NCBI GenBank assembly: GCA_964440295.1
Contig: CAYTRT010000002.1
Span: forward strand, 1-52,480
Direction of reading: 5' to 3'
DNA length: 52,480 nt
Origin: an uncultured Nitrososphaeria archaeon
GTDB taxonomy: Archaea; Thermoproteota; Nitrososphaeria_A; Caldarchaeales; Calditenuaceae
Shown here: positions 9,098-18,382 of the stretch, one piece after another
Position numbering within the stretch: position 1 is the stretch's first letter
Layout of the letters: every line of letters begins with the position of its first letter
The notes under the pieces: generated by a model
What the model was told of the DNA's origin: nothing
Databases searched by the model: none
The model's input: the letters and a program-made list of their open reading frames with translations, nothing else
Position numbers and translations under genes: made by a program

Positions 9098-10057
9098 ATG
9101 GAGCTACTAGTTCTGTCCAAGAAGGATCTTGAAAAAGTATTGACGATGCGAGACACCATTGACGCTGTTCAAGAGGCATTTAAGGGCCTTGCATTAGGCG
9201 AAGTCGAGATGCCAATGCCATACATCATAGATGTACGTAAGCACAATGGCGTGTGGGGGGTAAAGTCAGCACTCATAAATAATTTGGACGTCGTGGGAGT
9301 AAAGCTTAGCAGTGGCTATTTCGAGAACCCAATGAAGTATAACCTACCAAGCATTACAGGCGTAGTGGTTTTAGCCGACGCTAAGTTAGGTATTCCATTA
9401 GCAGTCATGGATGCTTTAACAATCACTGCATACAGAACTGGAGCTATAGCAGGAGTGGCCGCTAGATTCTTGGCAAGGAAAGATTCAGAAGTTGCTGCAA
9501 TATTCGGTGCAGGTGTCCAAGGCAGAACACAACTACTCGCACTATCCGAGGTATTAAAATTAAATGAAGTACGTGTATATGATGTTATTCCTGAAGCAAG
9601 TACTAGATACGCGGAAGAGATGAGTAAGAAGCTAGGAATCGAGGTGAGGGCTGTCAAATCAGTTGAGGAGGCATTGAAAAAGGTCGATGTCGTGTCAACT
9701 GCAACTCCGTCAAAGACTCCCTACATTAAGGCAGAGTGGATACCTGCTGGGACTCACATAACGACAGTAGGATCTGACCATAAGGGCAAACAAGAATTGG
9801 ACTCGCAGATATACTACAAAGCCAAAGTAGTAGTCGACAAGAAGGAAGTCGCCCTAGAGAAGGATTATCTCAAGCCTGAGCTAATCTATGCCGAGCTCGG
9901 CGAAATTATTGCAGGCATGAAGGCTGGCAGAGTATCGACAGACGAAATAACAATTATGGATTCATCAGGACTAGGCATTCAAGACGTTGCAGCAGCTCTA
10001 GTTGCTTACAGACTCGCAAAGGAAAAGAACTTAGGCACTTGGATAGAATTCGCATAA
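9098..10057 (+). CDS. ornithine cyclodeaminase / mu-crystallin family NAD(P) enzyme
   Basis: Family-typical N-terminus (LSKKDLEKVLTMRDTIDAVQEAF), Rossmann motif IFGAGVQG, and typical length. Confidence 0.8.
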   Translation: MELLVLSKKDLEKVLTMRDTIDAVQEAFKGLALGEVEMPMPYIIDVRKHNGVWGVKSALINNLDVVGVKLSSGYFENPMKYNLPSITGVVVLADAKLGIPLAVMDALTITAYRTGAIAGVAARFLARKDSEVAAIFGAGVQGRTQLLALSEVLKLNEVRVYDVIPEASTRYAEEMSKKLGIEVRAVKSVEEALKKVDVVSTATPSKTPYIKAEWIPAGTHITTVGSDHKGKQELDSQIYYKAKVVVDKKEVALEKDYLKPELIYAELGEIIAGMKAGRVSTDEITIMDSSGLGIQDVAAALVAYRLAKEKNLGTWIEFA

Positions 10058-10088
10058 CAAAGAGACATAGAAATTAATTTAATTTAAA

Positions 10089-10862
10089 TTAGTCAAGTAT
10101 TTTTGCTTTCCTTAACGCTTTTTTCAAGGCTTCTGCAAATTCTGTCTTGACCAATTCTGTCGGGTCTATTTTTTCAGATATATATGCGACTCGATTATCG
10201 TATGGTATGTATCCTAGGAACGGAACTCCCAGTTCTTCAGCTAATCTGCAAGTCTCTCCGAGCCTTTCATTAACTACCATATTCTCGATTAGACCGATTA
10301 TTTTTACTTTCATGTCCTTGAAGAATATAGATGCTCGTCTAACGACTTGGAGCGACAGTAGTGATGGAGTAGAAACTAAAATCACTCCTCTATTATTTGT
10401 GATGAGGTTTATTGCGGCTAAAGACTCATCACCAGTCCCCGGAGGAAGATCTACTATTAGATAGTCGAGGCATCCAAAGTCTGTTATTGCCAATAGTTCT
10501 TTGAGAGCCTCCCGTTTTGCATCGCCACTTAAAGGCAGCGGGCCCTCCTTTACGAATAAGCCGATAGATATTACTTTCAAATTGTTAACTTCTGGAGGTG
10601 ATAGTCCCTCCTTTTCTTCAAGCGGCAATTCGTTAATATTCAAAATCATCGATGAGGATGGGCCGTGCATGTCTAGGTCTAAAAGCGCGGCTTTGAATCC
10701 AAAAGTGCTTAGTAGTAGTCCTGTCGTAGCCGCTATTAGGCTTTTACCGACGCCTCCCTTTCCGCTCCCGATGAATACTGTGAAGGAGATCTTGCTTAGC
10801 CTCTTTCTAATGAGGTAGTCTCTGTAATCGGCTATTTCTTCCTCATTCTCTCTGAACTGCAA
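10089..10862 (-). CDS. Mrp/MinD-family P-loop ATPase (archaeal-type HypB candidate)
   Basis: Deviant Walker A GSGKGGVGKS. It overlaps hypA by 20 nt on the same strand. Confidence 0.75.
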   Translation of the reverse strand: MQFRENEEEIADYRDYLIRKRLSKISFTVFIGSGKGGVGKSLIAATTGLLLSTFGFKAALLDLDMHGPSSSMILNINELPLEEKEGLSPPEVNNLKVISIGLFVKEGPLPLSGDAKREALKELLAITDFGCLDYLIVDLPPGTGDESLAAINLITNNRGVILVSTPSLLSLQVVRRASIFFKDMKVKIIGLIENMVVNERLGETCRLAEELGVPFLGYIPYDNRVAYISEKIDPTELVKTEFAEALKKALRKAKILD

Positions 10863-11250
10863 TGTCAGTCACCATTACTCCCCGGCCAGTAAGTATTTTT
10901 AGGTCTCTACTTCTACATGAGGGGCATCTTGCATAAGATGAAATTAATTCAGGAATGAAGTGAATCATTTCCTTTTCTTCATTGCTTAACGATTTTGTCA
11001 ATTCTTTAAACGTATGTATCTGATTGCATGTCCCGCACTTGATAGCAGCTTCCTCAATTGAAACCGTGAATTTAGCATCTTCCAGTTCCGTACCCTTAAT
11101 TAACTCTCTTACTAGATCAATTATGATGTTCCTGTCGAACATTGACAATTCACCGATAGCTATTTTGAAACTGGTTATTCTGTACCCTTTGGTTGAATAA
11201 GTTTCTCTCAAAAAATCCACGATTCCTTGAGCTATGGTGAATTCATGCAT
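10843..11250 (-). CDS. hypA: hydrogenase nickel-insertion protein HypA
   Basis: MHEFTIAQ N-terminus and a CxxC...CxxC zinc site (CGTCNQ, CPSCRS). Confidence 0.85.
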   Translation of the reverse strand: MHEFTIAQGIVDFLRETYSTKGYRITSFKIAIGELSMFDRNIIIDLVRELIKGTELEDAKFTVSIEEAAIKCGTCNQIHTFKELTKSLSNEEKEMIHFIPELISSYARCPSCRSRDLKILTGRGVMVTDIAVQRE

Positions 11251-11403
11251 CTCAAGCAGATGATGTGATGGTCATTTAAAAATATATGCGCTAATTACAG
11301 TTGCGTTCAATTTCATACAATTTCAGTTGATTTAATGCGCCGAGATATACCTAAATTAACTATATATTATAATTTTTCTCATGATGTTTATTAGGACAGC
11401 AAC
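11251..11403. promoter_or_regulatory. divergent promoter region between hypA and the hydrogenase operon
   Basis: AT-rich, with TATA-like TTTAAAAATATAT and CTATATATTATAATTTTT. Contains a tandem CAATTTCA repeat at 11308-11315 and 11318-11325. Confidence 0.4.
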
Positions 11404-12558
11404 TTGATGACGGATCAAATTGCAACAACAATGCTATTATCGAAAGAAAAAGAAACAGACGCCATAGATTTAATTTTGAAGTTGGGAGGCGAGGGAATCA
11501 GAAAATGTTATCAGTGTGGCTCGTGTACTGCCATATGTCCAATATCGGAAGATTACATGACTAGTTTTAGAAGATCTATAAAGTATGCCCAACTCGGATT
11601 GGAGAAAAAATTGTCAAGCGACTTAACTCCATGGTTGTGTTATGCATGTGGTGAGTGCAGTAATTCTTGTCCAAGAGATGCAAACCCAAGCGAAATCATG
11701 ATGAGTATTAGAAGGTATCTAACTATAAAGTATGATTGGACAGGAATATCTCGAGCACTTTATCTCAACTCTAAGATATTGCTGTCTGCTATTTTATCAC
11801 TATCGATACTGACAGGGATTATAATTTACTTCCTTCATGGGCCAGTAATGACGGATAAAGTAGCTCTAGCACTCTTCGCTCCCATTGAAATTGTAGAGAC
11901 TGGCGGACGATTAATTTTTGCGAGTTTGGCTGCTATACTCTTAGTAAATATATATAGGATGTATCGCATGACCACCAGTCTCAAGATAAAGCTTCCATTA
12001 AAGACGTACCTCAAAGAATTTCTAAAGACATTGACACCTAACTTTTTGACACAAAAACTGTTCGGTTACTGCAATGACAGAAAATACTGGCTAATTCACT
12101 TATTGATATTCTATGGATACTTAGCTTCACTAATATTGTTCGAAGTATTGCTAATTTTCACGCATACAAATGATCCCTTCTTATTCGTGTCGCCACTTAG
12201 TCTTCTCGGATTATTTTCTGTCTTCGCTATCACTTATGGCGGATTAGAGGCTATCCGTGGACGTGTTAAGAAAAGTAAACCGATTTGGAAGTACTCACAT
12301 CCAACAGACTGGATGTTTATAGTATTACTGGTACTAATATGCATTACAGGAATATTTACAGGCATTTTTAGAAGTATTGGATGGGCCTTGCCAACATATG
12401 TTATTTTTTCTATTCATTTATCAATCGTTGTACCGTTTCTCGTCTTGGGAGTGCCATTCACAAAATGGTCACATATAGCATACCGGCCTCTTGCCTTATA
12501 CTTTGCTAAGCTTAACGAGATTCGTCGATCCAAAATTGAGGAGGTGCTAAGAACATGA
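11404..12558 (+). CDS. QmoC-like membrane iron-sulfur protein (HdrC-type 2x[4Fe-4S] + HdrE/NarI-like membrane domain), copy 1
   Basis: CYQCGSCTAICP and CYACGECSNSCP motifs, then multiple TM helices with conserved His (IHLL, SHPTDW, IHLSIV, PFTKWSH). Confidence 0.7.
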   Translation: MMTDQIATTMLLSKEKETDAIDLILKLGGEGIRKCYQCGSCTAICPISEDYMTSFRRSIKYAQLGLEKKLSSDLTPWLCYACGECSNSCPRDANPSEIMMSIRRYLTIKYDWTGISRALYLNSKILLSAILSLSILTGIIIYFLHGPVMTDKVALALFAPIEIVETGGRLIFASLAAILLVNIYRMYRMTTSLKIKLPLKTYLKEFLKTLTPNFLTQKLFGYCNDRKYWLIHLLIFYGYLASLILFEVLLIFTHTNDPFLFVSPLSLLGLFSVFAITYGGLEAIRGRVKKSKPIWKYSHPTDWMFIVLLVLICITGIFTGIFRSIGWALPTYVIFSIHLSIVVPFLVLGVPFTKWSHIAYRPLALYFAKLNEIRRSKIEEVLRT

Positions 12559-13685
12559 AAGCGACTCCGTACATTTCATTTAAGGACATTTCTCGCGAAA
12601 TAATAGAGCTGGGCGGAAAGGGCATCTATAAGTGCTATCAGTGTGGATCATGTACGGCTACCTGCGCGATAGCTGAGGGGATGTTCATTAGTTTTAGGAG
12701 AGTCATCAAGTATGCCCAATTAGGGCTTTTGGATAAGCTCCAAAAAGATTTGGTTCCATGGCTGTGTAATGTTCATGGAGACTGCATCGAGGCATGCCCG
12801 AGAGATGCAAACCCATGCGAGATTTTGGCCGCTTTGAGGAGATATCAAAGCACACTTTACGACTGGACCGGCTTATCTAGGTGGTGGTATTACTCATCGC
12901 TAAAGAAAAAACTTTTAACAATAATTATTCTATCAGCCATTTCTATAGTTGGTCTACTGTCATTATTCTACTCAACCATTATGAATTATCTATCAATGAA
13001 CATCTTTGTAAACATTCCCGGATTATTACCGATAGGAATTCCGGTAGTGGTCTTTTCAATAGGGTTGTTAATAAGCAATGGTTACAGAATGTACAAGTTT
13101 ATAGGAGGTGGCAAGGATTACGTTGTGGGCTTCTTTGATGCCTTCAAAAGAGTCTTAACCTTCTGGATTAAGAGCGAGAATGAAGCACTGAGGATTCCTG
13201 ACAAAAGAATTAGAATTCTGGAACACATGTTTATTCTTGCCGGAATCATTCTATACATATTTTTAGCATTGCTGTATCTTGTCTATCCACCAGCCTACTC
13301 GTTATATCCATTCAATTATATCTTAATGATAGGCAGATACGTAGCTGCACTATTCCTAGTAGTTGGTGCAGGACTACCATTCGTAAAGCGTCTCAGCAAA
13401 TCACCTAAGATTCATTGGTATTATAAACTATTCAGACATTCTACTGACTGGGTTGGTTTAGGATTCGTCTTTGCGATCGGATTGACCGGCCTCTTGATGA
13501 ATATCTTTAATGACCTACACATCTATCCTATTTCTTACGTCTTCTATATCATACACATTGGCATCGTCTTTCCCTTCCTAATTCTTGAGGTACCATTTGG
13601 CAAGCATAATCACTGGCTGTATAAGTCGATTGCAAACTATGTGAGCGCGAGAAGAGGACTTATTCGGGGTGAAGTCCTTGAGTAA
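12555..13685 (+). CDS. QmoC-like membrane iron-sulfur protein, copy 2 (paralogue)
   Basis: Collinear with copy 1 (CYQCGSCTATCA; CNVHGDCIEACP; RHSTDW; IHIGIV; PFGKHNH). ATGA overlap with copy 1. Confidence 0.7.
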   Translation: MKATPYISFKDISREIIELGGKGIYKCYQCGSCTATCAIAEGMFISFRRVIKYAQLGLLDKLQKDLVPWLCNVHGDCIEACPRDANPCEILAALRRYQSTLYDWTGLSRWWYYSSLKKKLLTIIILSAISIVGLLSLFYSTIMNYLSMNIFVNIPGLLPIGIPVVVFSIGLLISNGYRMYKFIGGGKDYVVGFFDAFKRVLTFWIKSENEALRIPDKRIRILEHMFILAGIILYIFLALLYLVYPPAYSLYPFNYILMIGRYVAALFLVVGAGLPFVKRLSKSPKIHWYYKLFRHSTDWVGLGFVFAIGLTGLLMNIFNDLHIYPISYVFYIIHIGIVFPFLILEVPFGKHNHWLYKSIANYVSARRGLIRGEVLE

Positions 13686-15030
13686 GCCGGTACTAGTGGT
13701 GGGCGGCGGGATAGCCGGAATTCAAGCCACTATAGACCTCGCAGAGCAGGGAATAGAAGTATACCTGGTTGAGAAAAATCCTAGCATTGGTGGAAAGATG
13801 GCCCAGCTCGACAAGACATTCCCAACGCTTGACTGCGCATCATGCATACTTACGCCGAAGATGGCGGCTCTATTAAGATACAGTAATGTAAAACTTTTGA
13901 CATACTCAGAGGTTCAAGAAGTTAAAGGCAGGGCTGGAGATTTTACCGTTAAAGTCTTGAAAAAGCCAAGATATGTTGATTGGAATAAATGCACTGGCTG
14001 CGGCACTTGTGTTGAAAGATGCCCGGTTAAGGTTCCTGACACGTACAATGTTAATCTTAGCCAAAGAAAGGCGATATACATTGAGTATCCACAGGCAGTT
14101 CCTCGGAAGGCAGTTATAGATTATGCCAATTGTTTACGGCTGAATCCTCCTCCTGATCTTAGAGAAAAAGCGAAGGGACGACCCCTATGCGGCGCGTGTG
14201 AAAAGGTATGTCCAGCCAAGGCAATAGACTATGGTCAGCAACCAGAGATTATTGAATTAAATGTTGCCGCGATAATACTGGCTACAGGAGTAGACCTTTA
14301 CGACGCTCGCAACATTCCTGAGTACGGATACGGCAAGTTCCAAAACGTTTATACACACCTTGAGTTTGAGAGGCTAATATCGTCAACAGGACCCACAAAT
14401 GGACACTTAGTTAGGAGATCGGACGGAAAAACACCTAGAAAAATAGCTTGGATACAGTGTGTGGGATCAAGAGATATTAGGTTTAACCATTACTGCTCCG
14501 CGTTCTGCTGTATGGCGGCTACGAAGCAGGCCATTATTGCTAAGGAACACGTGCCAGAAGTGGAAACCGTTATTTACTACATGGACATGAGGGCCTTTGG
14601 AAAAGGATTTTTCGAATTTTATAGAAGAGCAGTAACTGAGTATGGGGTCAAGTATATTAGGGGGAAGGTCGTCAAGATAACCGAGAGACCTGATAGCAAG
14701 AATTTAGTACTGTTTTATGAAGATACGCTCCATAGTTATATGATGAAAGATGAGTTTGATATGGTTGTCCTATCAGTAGCGATTAGGCCAAATAAAGTTG
14801 CTTCATTCCCCGTTAAGACTGATAAAGGAGGCTTCGTCCAGCTTATGGATCCCTATTTAGATACTGTTTCAACGACTATGGAAGGTATATTTGTAATTGG
14901 AGGAGCAGCAGAGGCTAGGGACATTCCTGACTCAGTTGTAATGGCCAGCGCAGCCGCAATAAAAGCCGCAACAATTGCGAGGAAAGCTGTGATGAGTCAA
15001 CCAATCACTATCAGGGGTGAAGCGATATGA
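13669..15030 (+). CDS. short HdrA-like / QmoA-like FAD iron-sulfur flavoprotein
   Basis: FAD fold VLVVGGGIAGIQATIDLAE, motif GGKMAQLDKTFPTLDCASCILTPKM, and an inserted ferredoxin (CTGCGTCVERCP, CGACEKVCP). It lacks the HdrA N-terminal and C-terminal ferredoxin domains. Confidence 0.8.
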   Translation: MKSLSKPVLVVGGGIAGIQATIDLAEQGIEVYLVEKNPSIGGKMAQLDKTFPTLDCASCILTPKMAALLRYSNVKLLTYSEVQEVKGRAGDFTVKVLKKPRYVDWNKCTGCGTCVERCPVKVPDTYNVNLSQRKAIYIEYPQAVPRKAVIDYANCLRLNPPPDLREKAKGRPLCGACEKVCPAKAIDYGQQPEIIELNVAAIILATGVDLYDARNIPEYGYGKFQNVYTHLEFERLISSTGPTNGHLVRRSDGKTPRKIAWIQCVGSRDIRFNHYCSAFCCMAATKQAIIAKEHVPEVETVIYYMDMRAFGKGFFEFYRRAVTEYGVKYIRGKVVKITERPDSKNLVLFYEDTLHSYMMKDEFDMVVLSVAIRPNKVASFPVKTDKGGFVQLMDPYLDTVSTTMEGIFVIGGAAEARDIPDSVVMASAAAIKAATIARKAVMSQPITIRGEAI

Positions 15031-16964
15031 GTGAGGAGCCTAGGGTTGGAGTCTTCATATGCCATTGCGGACTGAACATTGCCGCAAGAGTAGACGTTAA
15101 AGCAGTCAGCGAATACGCGAAAACCCTTCCAAACGTGATAGTAAGTCATGACTATGTTTTTATGTGTTCAACTGTTGGGCAAGAATTGATAAAGGAGGAG
15201 ATAAAGAAACATAATCTAAATAGGGTAGTGGTGGCGGCATGTTCACCGTCAATGCACGAACCAACATTCAGGGCAGCAATTGAAAGCGCAGGACTAAACA
15301 AGTACTTATTAGAGATGGCTAACATTAGGGAGCATTGCTCTTGGGCTCATTCCGACAAGGAGGCAGCGACAGAGAAGGCCAAAGACCTAGTTAGGATGGC
15401 GGTTGCTAAGGCTCGTCTCCTAGAACCTTTAGAAGAAATAGAATTTCAGGCCAGCCCAACGGCATTAGTTTTGGGAGGAGGGGTTGCAGGGATGAGAGCT
15501 GCAATCGACCTAGCAGAGTATGGGTTCGATGTGTACTTGGTTGATAAGAGCCCGACCCTCGGAGGCAGGGCTGCATTAACTGGATGGCTTGAAAGTGATA
15601 AGAGGGGAGCTGATGTCGTAAATAATTTGATCAATAAAATCGCCGAAAATGAAAATATTCATGTATTCACAAACGCTGAGCTGGTTGAGTTTAGTGGTTT
15701 TCCTGGCAACTTTACTGCAAAGATTAGAGTAAATCCGCGGTACGTAAATGAAAGATGTGTTCTATGTGGAGAGTGTGAAGCTGAGTGTCCGATTGAAGTT
15801 GCAAACGAGTATCAATATGGATTATCTAGGAGAAAAGCTATCTTTTTCCCATTCAAAGCTGCGTATCCGCCAATGTATGTTATAGATCAGAGAGTGTGTA
15901 TTAGGTGTGGTGAGTGTGTTAAGGCCTGTAGATATGACGCCATCAATCTGAATGAACAGCCAGCTATATTGGAGCTTAAGGTTGGAGCATTGATAATTGC
16001 GACGGGCTACGATCCCTATCAACCTCCCAAAGGAGAATACGCGTACGGCCTGCACAGCAATATAATTACTCTGTTTCAGTTGGAAAGATTGTTAGATAAG
16101 GATGGCCCGACGCAGGGAAAGCTAATAATTGGGGGATCCATACCGAGGAGGATAGCATTTATCCTCTGCGTTGGATCCCGCAACACAACCCCAAACTCTA
16201 GGGACTATTGTTCGAGGATGTGCTGCACATCCACGCTGATAAATGCAATTAAGATAAAGGAGAGATACCCGTCTACGGATGTTTATGTATTATACCAAGA
16301 TATCAATACTTACGGAAACGACGAAAGCCTTTATGAGCAGGCTGGAGAGAAACTTGTCAAGTTCGTCAAGTTCGAAGACCCACCGGTAGTTGATATAGGT
16401 CCTGAGGGATTAGTCGTAGAGGTTAGGGAAGTCACCATTCAGGAGGATATAAGCATTCCAGTAGACGCGATTGTTTTGTCCGTGGGAATGGTTCCTAGAC
16501 GAGACGTAACGGACCTAATCTCAATCACTAGAGTAAGTTGTGGTACAGATGGATTCCTCAGAGAGGCGCATCTTAAGCTTAACCCAGTCGAGGCACCTAC
16601 CTCCGGCATATTTCTAGCAGGCGCCGTAACCGGCCCCAAAAACATAATCGAAAGCATTAGAGCAGGCAGTGCTAGTGCTTCTAAAGTCGCCGCACTATTA
16701 TCGAAAGGAAAAGTAAGGACTGAGCCATATACTGCTAGTGTCAACGAAGAAAGATGCAGTGGCTGCAGAATTTGCATTGGTGTATGCCCCTACAAAGCAA
16801 TCACTCTCAGAGAGATTGATGGAAGAAAAGTTGCATATGTTGAGAAGGCCTTATGTATGGGTTGTGGAACTTGCTCAGCTGCCTGCCCATCAGGCGCGAT
16901 GCAGCAATACAGTTTCAAGGACAGACAGATTATAGAACAGACAATAGCCGCGATAAGGAGGTAG
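15027..16964 (+). CDS. hdrA: HdrA-like heterodisulfide reductase subunit A homologue (full-length architecture, QmoB-like)
   Basis: N-terminal VGVFICHCGLNIA domain, FAD fold LVLGGGVAGMRAAIDLAE, inserted ferredoxin, and C-terminal 2x[4Fe-4S] (CSGCRICIGVCP, CMGCGTCSAACP). Confidence 0.8.
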   Translation: MSEEPRVGVFICHCGLNIAARVDVKAVSEYAKTLPNVIVSHDYVFMCSTVGQELIKEEIKKHNLNRVVVAACSPSMHEPTFRAAIESAGLNKYLLEMANIREHCSWAHSDKEAATEKAKDLVRMAVAKARLLEPLEEIEFQASPTALVLGGGVAGMRAAIDLAEYGFDVYLVDKSPTLGGRAALTGWLESDKRGADVVNNLINKIAENENIHVFTNAELVEFSGFPGNFTAKIRVNPRYVNERCVLCGECEAECPIEVANEYQYGLSRRKAIFFPFKAAYPPMYVIDQRVCIRCGECVKACRYDAINLNEQPAILELKVGALIIATGYDPYQPPKGEYAYGLHSNIITLFQLERLLDKDGPTQGKLIIGGSIPRRIAFILCVGSRNTTPNSRDYCSRMCCTSTLINAIKIKERYPSTDVYVLYQDINTYGNDESLYEQAGEKLVKFVKFEDPPVVDIGPEGLVVEVREVTIQEDISIPVDAIVLSVGMVPRRDVTDLISITRVSCGTDGFLREAHLKLNPVEAPTSGIFLAGAVTGPKNIIESIRAGSASASKVAALLSKGKVRTEPYTASVNEERCSGCRICIGVCPYKAITLREIDGRKVAYVEKALCMGCGTCSAACPSGAMQQYSFKDRQIIEQTIAAIRR

Positions 16965-16970
16965 TAGAAA

Positions 16971-17399
16971 ATGGGCGTCAACAATTATGAGCCTAGAATT
17001 GTCGTGTTTGCATGTAACTGGTGTACCTATGCTGCCGTAGATTTGGCAGGGACGAGCAGGATGCAATATCCACCCAACGTCAGAGTGATTAGAGTCATGT
17101 GTTCTGGGAGAATTGATCCCCAGTTCGTCCTCACGGCGTTTAAGCAGGGCGCCGATGGAGTAATCGTCGCAGGATGCCACCCGCCCTCAGATTGCCACTA
17201 CATCAGTGGAAACATAAAGGCCCTGAGAAGATACACCTTATTCAGAAGACTACTAGACGAGCTAGGAATAGAGAAGGAGAGATTTAGGCTTGAGTGGATA
17301 TCAGCATCAGAAGCAAATAAATGGGTTAAGGTAGTCAATGAAATGGTTGAAGATCTGAAAAGATTAGGACCCATTAAAATGGAGGTGGGAGCAGTATGA
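16971..17399 (+). CDS. mvhD: MvhD-type hydrogenase delta subunit
   Basis: The sequence [18 protein letters not shown]...[10 protein letters not shown]...[10 protein letters not shown] is typical of MvhD/FlpD. Confidence 0.85.
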   Translation: MGVNNYEPRIVVFACNWCTYAAVDLAGTSRMQYPPNVRVIRVMCSGRIDPQFVLTAFKQGADGVIVAGCHPPSDCHYISGNIKALRRYTLFRRLLDELGIEKERFRLEWISASEANKWVKVVNEMVEDLKRLGPIKMEVGAV

Positions 17400-18382
17400 G
17401 CTCACGTCCAAAAGTTGCATTTTACTGGTGTGCAAGCTGCGGCGGATGCGAAGAAGCGGTAGTAGACCTTGCAGAGAAAATACTAGATGTGGTCAATCTG
17501 GTAGACATTGTTTTTTGGCCCGTGGCGATGGACTTTAAAGTATCGGACGTCGAAGCATTGCCCGACGGGGCAATAATTGCAAGCTTCATTAACGGCGGGG
17601 TTAGGTTAGCCGAGCACGAGAAAGTAGTAAAGCTGCTGAGGCAAAAGTCTAAGCTCGTAGTGGCGTATGGCGCGTGTGCTTGCTGGGGCGGAATTCCAGG
17701 ACTCGCCAACATTTATAGACTAGAGGAGGTGCTTGAGAGAGCTTACGTCACCACGCCCACTACAATTAACCCTGAAAGGGTAATGCCTTCTCAGTCAGGT
17801 TGGGTTGAAGTAAACGGTGCGAGAATAGAGGTGCCGAAGCTCTTACCCAGCTTAAGACCACTCGACGAAGTCATAGATGTTGATTACTATGTGCCGGGAT
17901 GCCCACCAACACCAGAGGTGACGTGGAACGCAATTGAAGCATTACTGTCAGGAAAACTACCAGCCAAGGGATCCGTGATAGGCGCTGGTAGTAGGTCACT
18001 TTGTGATGAGTGTCCACTCAACAAGACAAAGCCGGAAAATGTGCTCATCAAGGAGTTTAAGAGGGTTATAGATTTCGTTCCGAAGCCTGACGAGTGTCTC
18101 TTGGTTCAGGGCATGCCCTGCCTGGGACCAGTAACGAGAGGGGGATGTGGCGCCCTATGCGTCAAGGCAAACATGCCATGCACAGGATGCTTCGGCCCAC
18201 TAGACGACATTCATGACTATGGAGGAAAGGCAATATCGTTTCTAGGAAGCATACTAGACCTAGAAGACGAAGAGCAGATTCGGAGAGAGATTTCTAAGCT
18301 ACCAGATGTGGTTGGATTAGTTTACAAATACTCGCTTGCTAAATCATCATTAAAGAATCTTCTTAGGAGTGAGAGAAAATGA
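17396..18382 (+). CDS. mvhG: [NiFe] hydrogenase small subunit (MvhG-type)
   Basis: [13 protein letters not shown] proximal-cluster motif, further Cys clusters ([16 protein letters not shown]), and no Tat signal. Confidence 0.85.
   Translation: MSSRPKVAFYWCASCGGCEEAVVDLAEKILDVVNLVDIVFWPVAMDFKVSDVEALPDGAIIASFINGGVRLAEHEKVVKLLRQKSKLVVAYGACACWGGIPGLANIYRLEEVLERAYVTTPTTINPERVMPSQSGWVEVNGARIEVPKLLPSLRPLDEVIDVDYYVPGCPPTPEVTWNAIEALLSGKLPAKGSVIGAGSRSLCDECPLNKTKPENVLIKEFKRVIDFVPKPDECLLVQGMPCLGPVTRGGCGALCVKANMPCTGCFGPLDDIHDYGGKAISFLGSILDLEDEEQIRREISKLPDVVGLVYKYSLAKSSLKNLLRSERK

Noticed and set aside
11261-11300. ATGATGTGATGG in the hypA upstream spacer, considered as a possible C box of a C/D sRNA.
   Set aside because: There is no matching D box (CTGA) or C'/D' pair at a suitable distance. 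The element also overlaps the likely hypA promoter.
12881-13138. An 85-aa ORF nested in a different frame on the same strand within QmoC-like copy 2. The similar small ORFs 16738-16935, 18446-18661, 37375-37605 and 4760-4999 fall in the same category.
   Set aside because: They overlap conserved coding frames, have no motifs, and have no independent start context.
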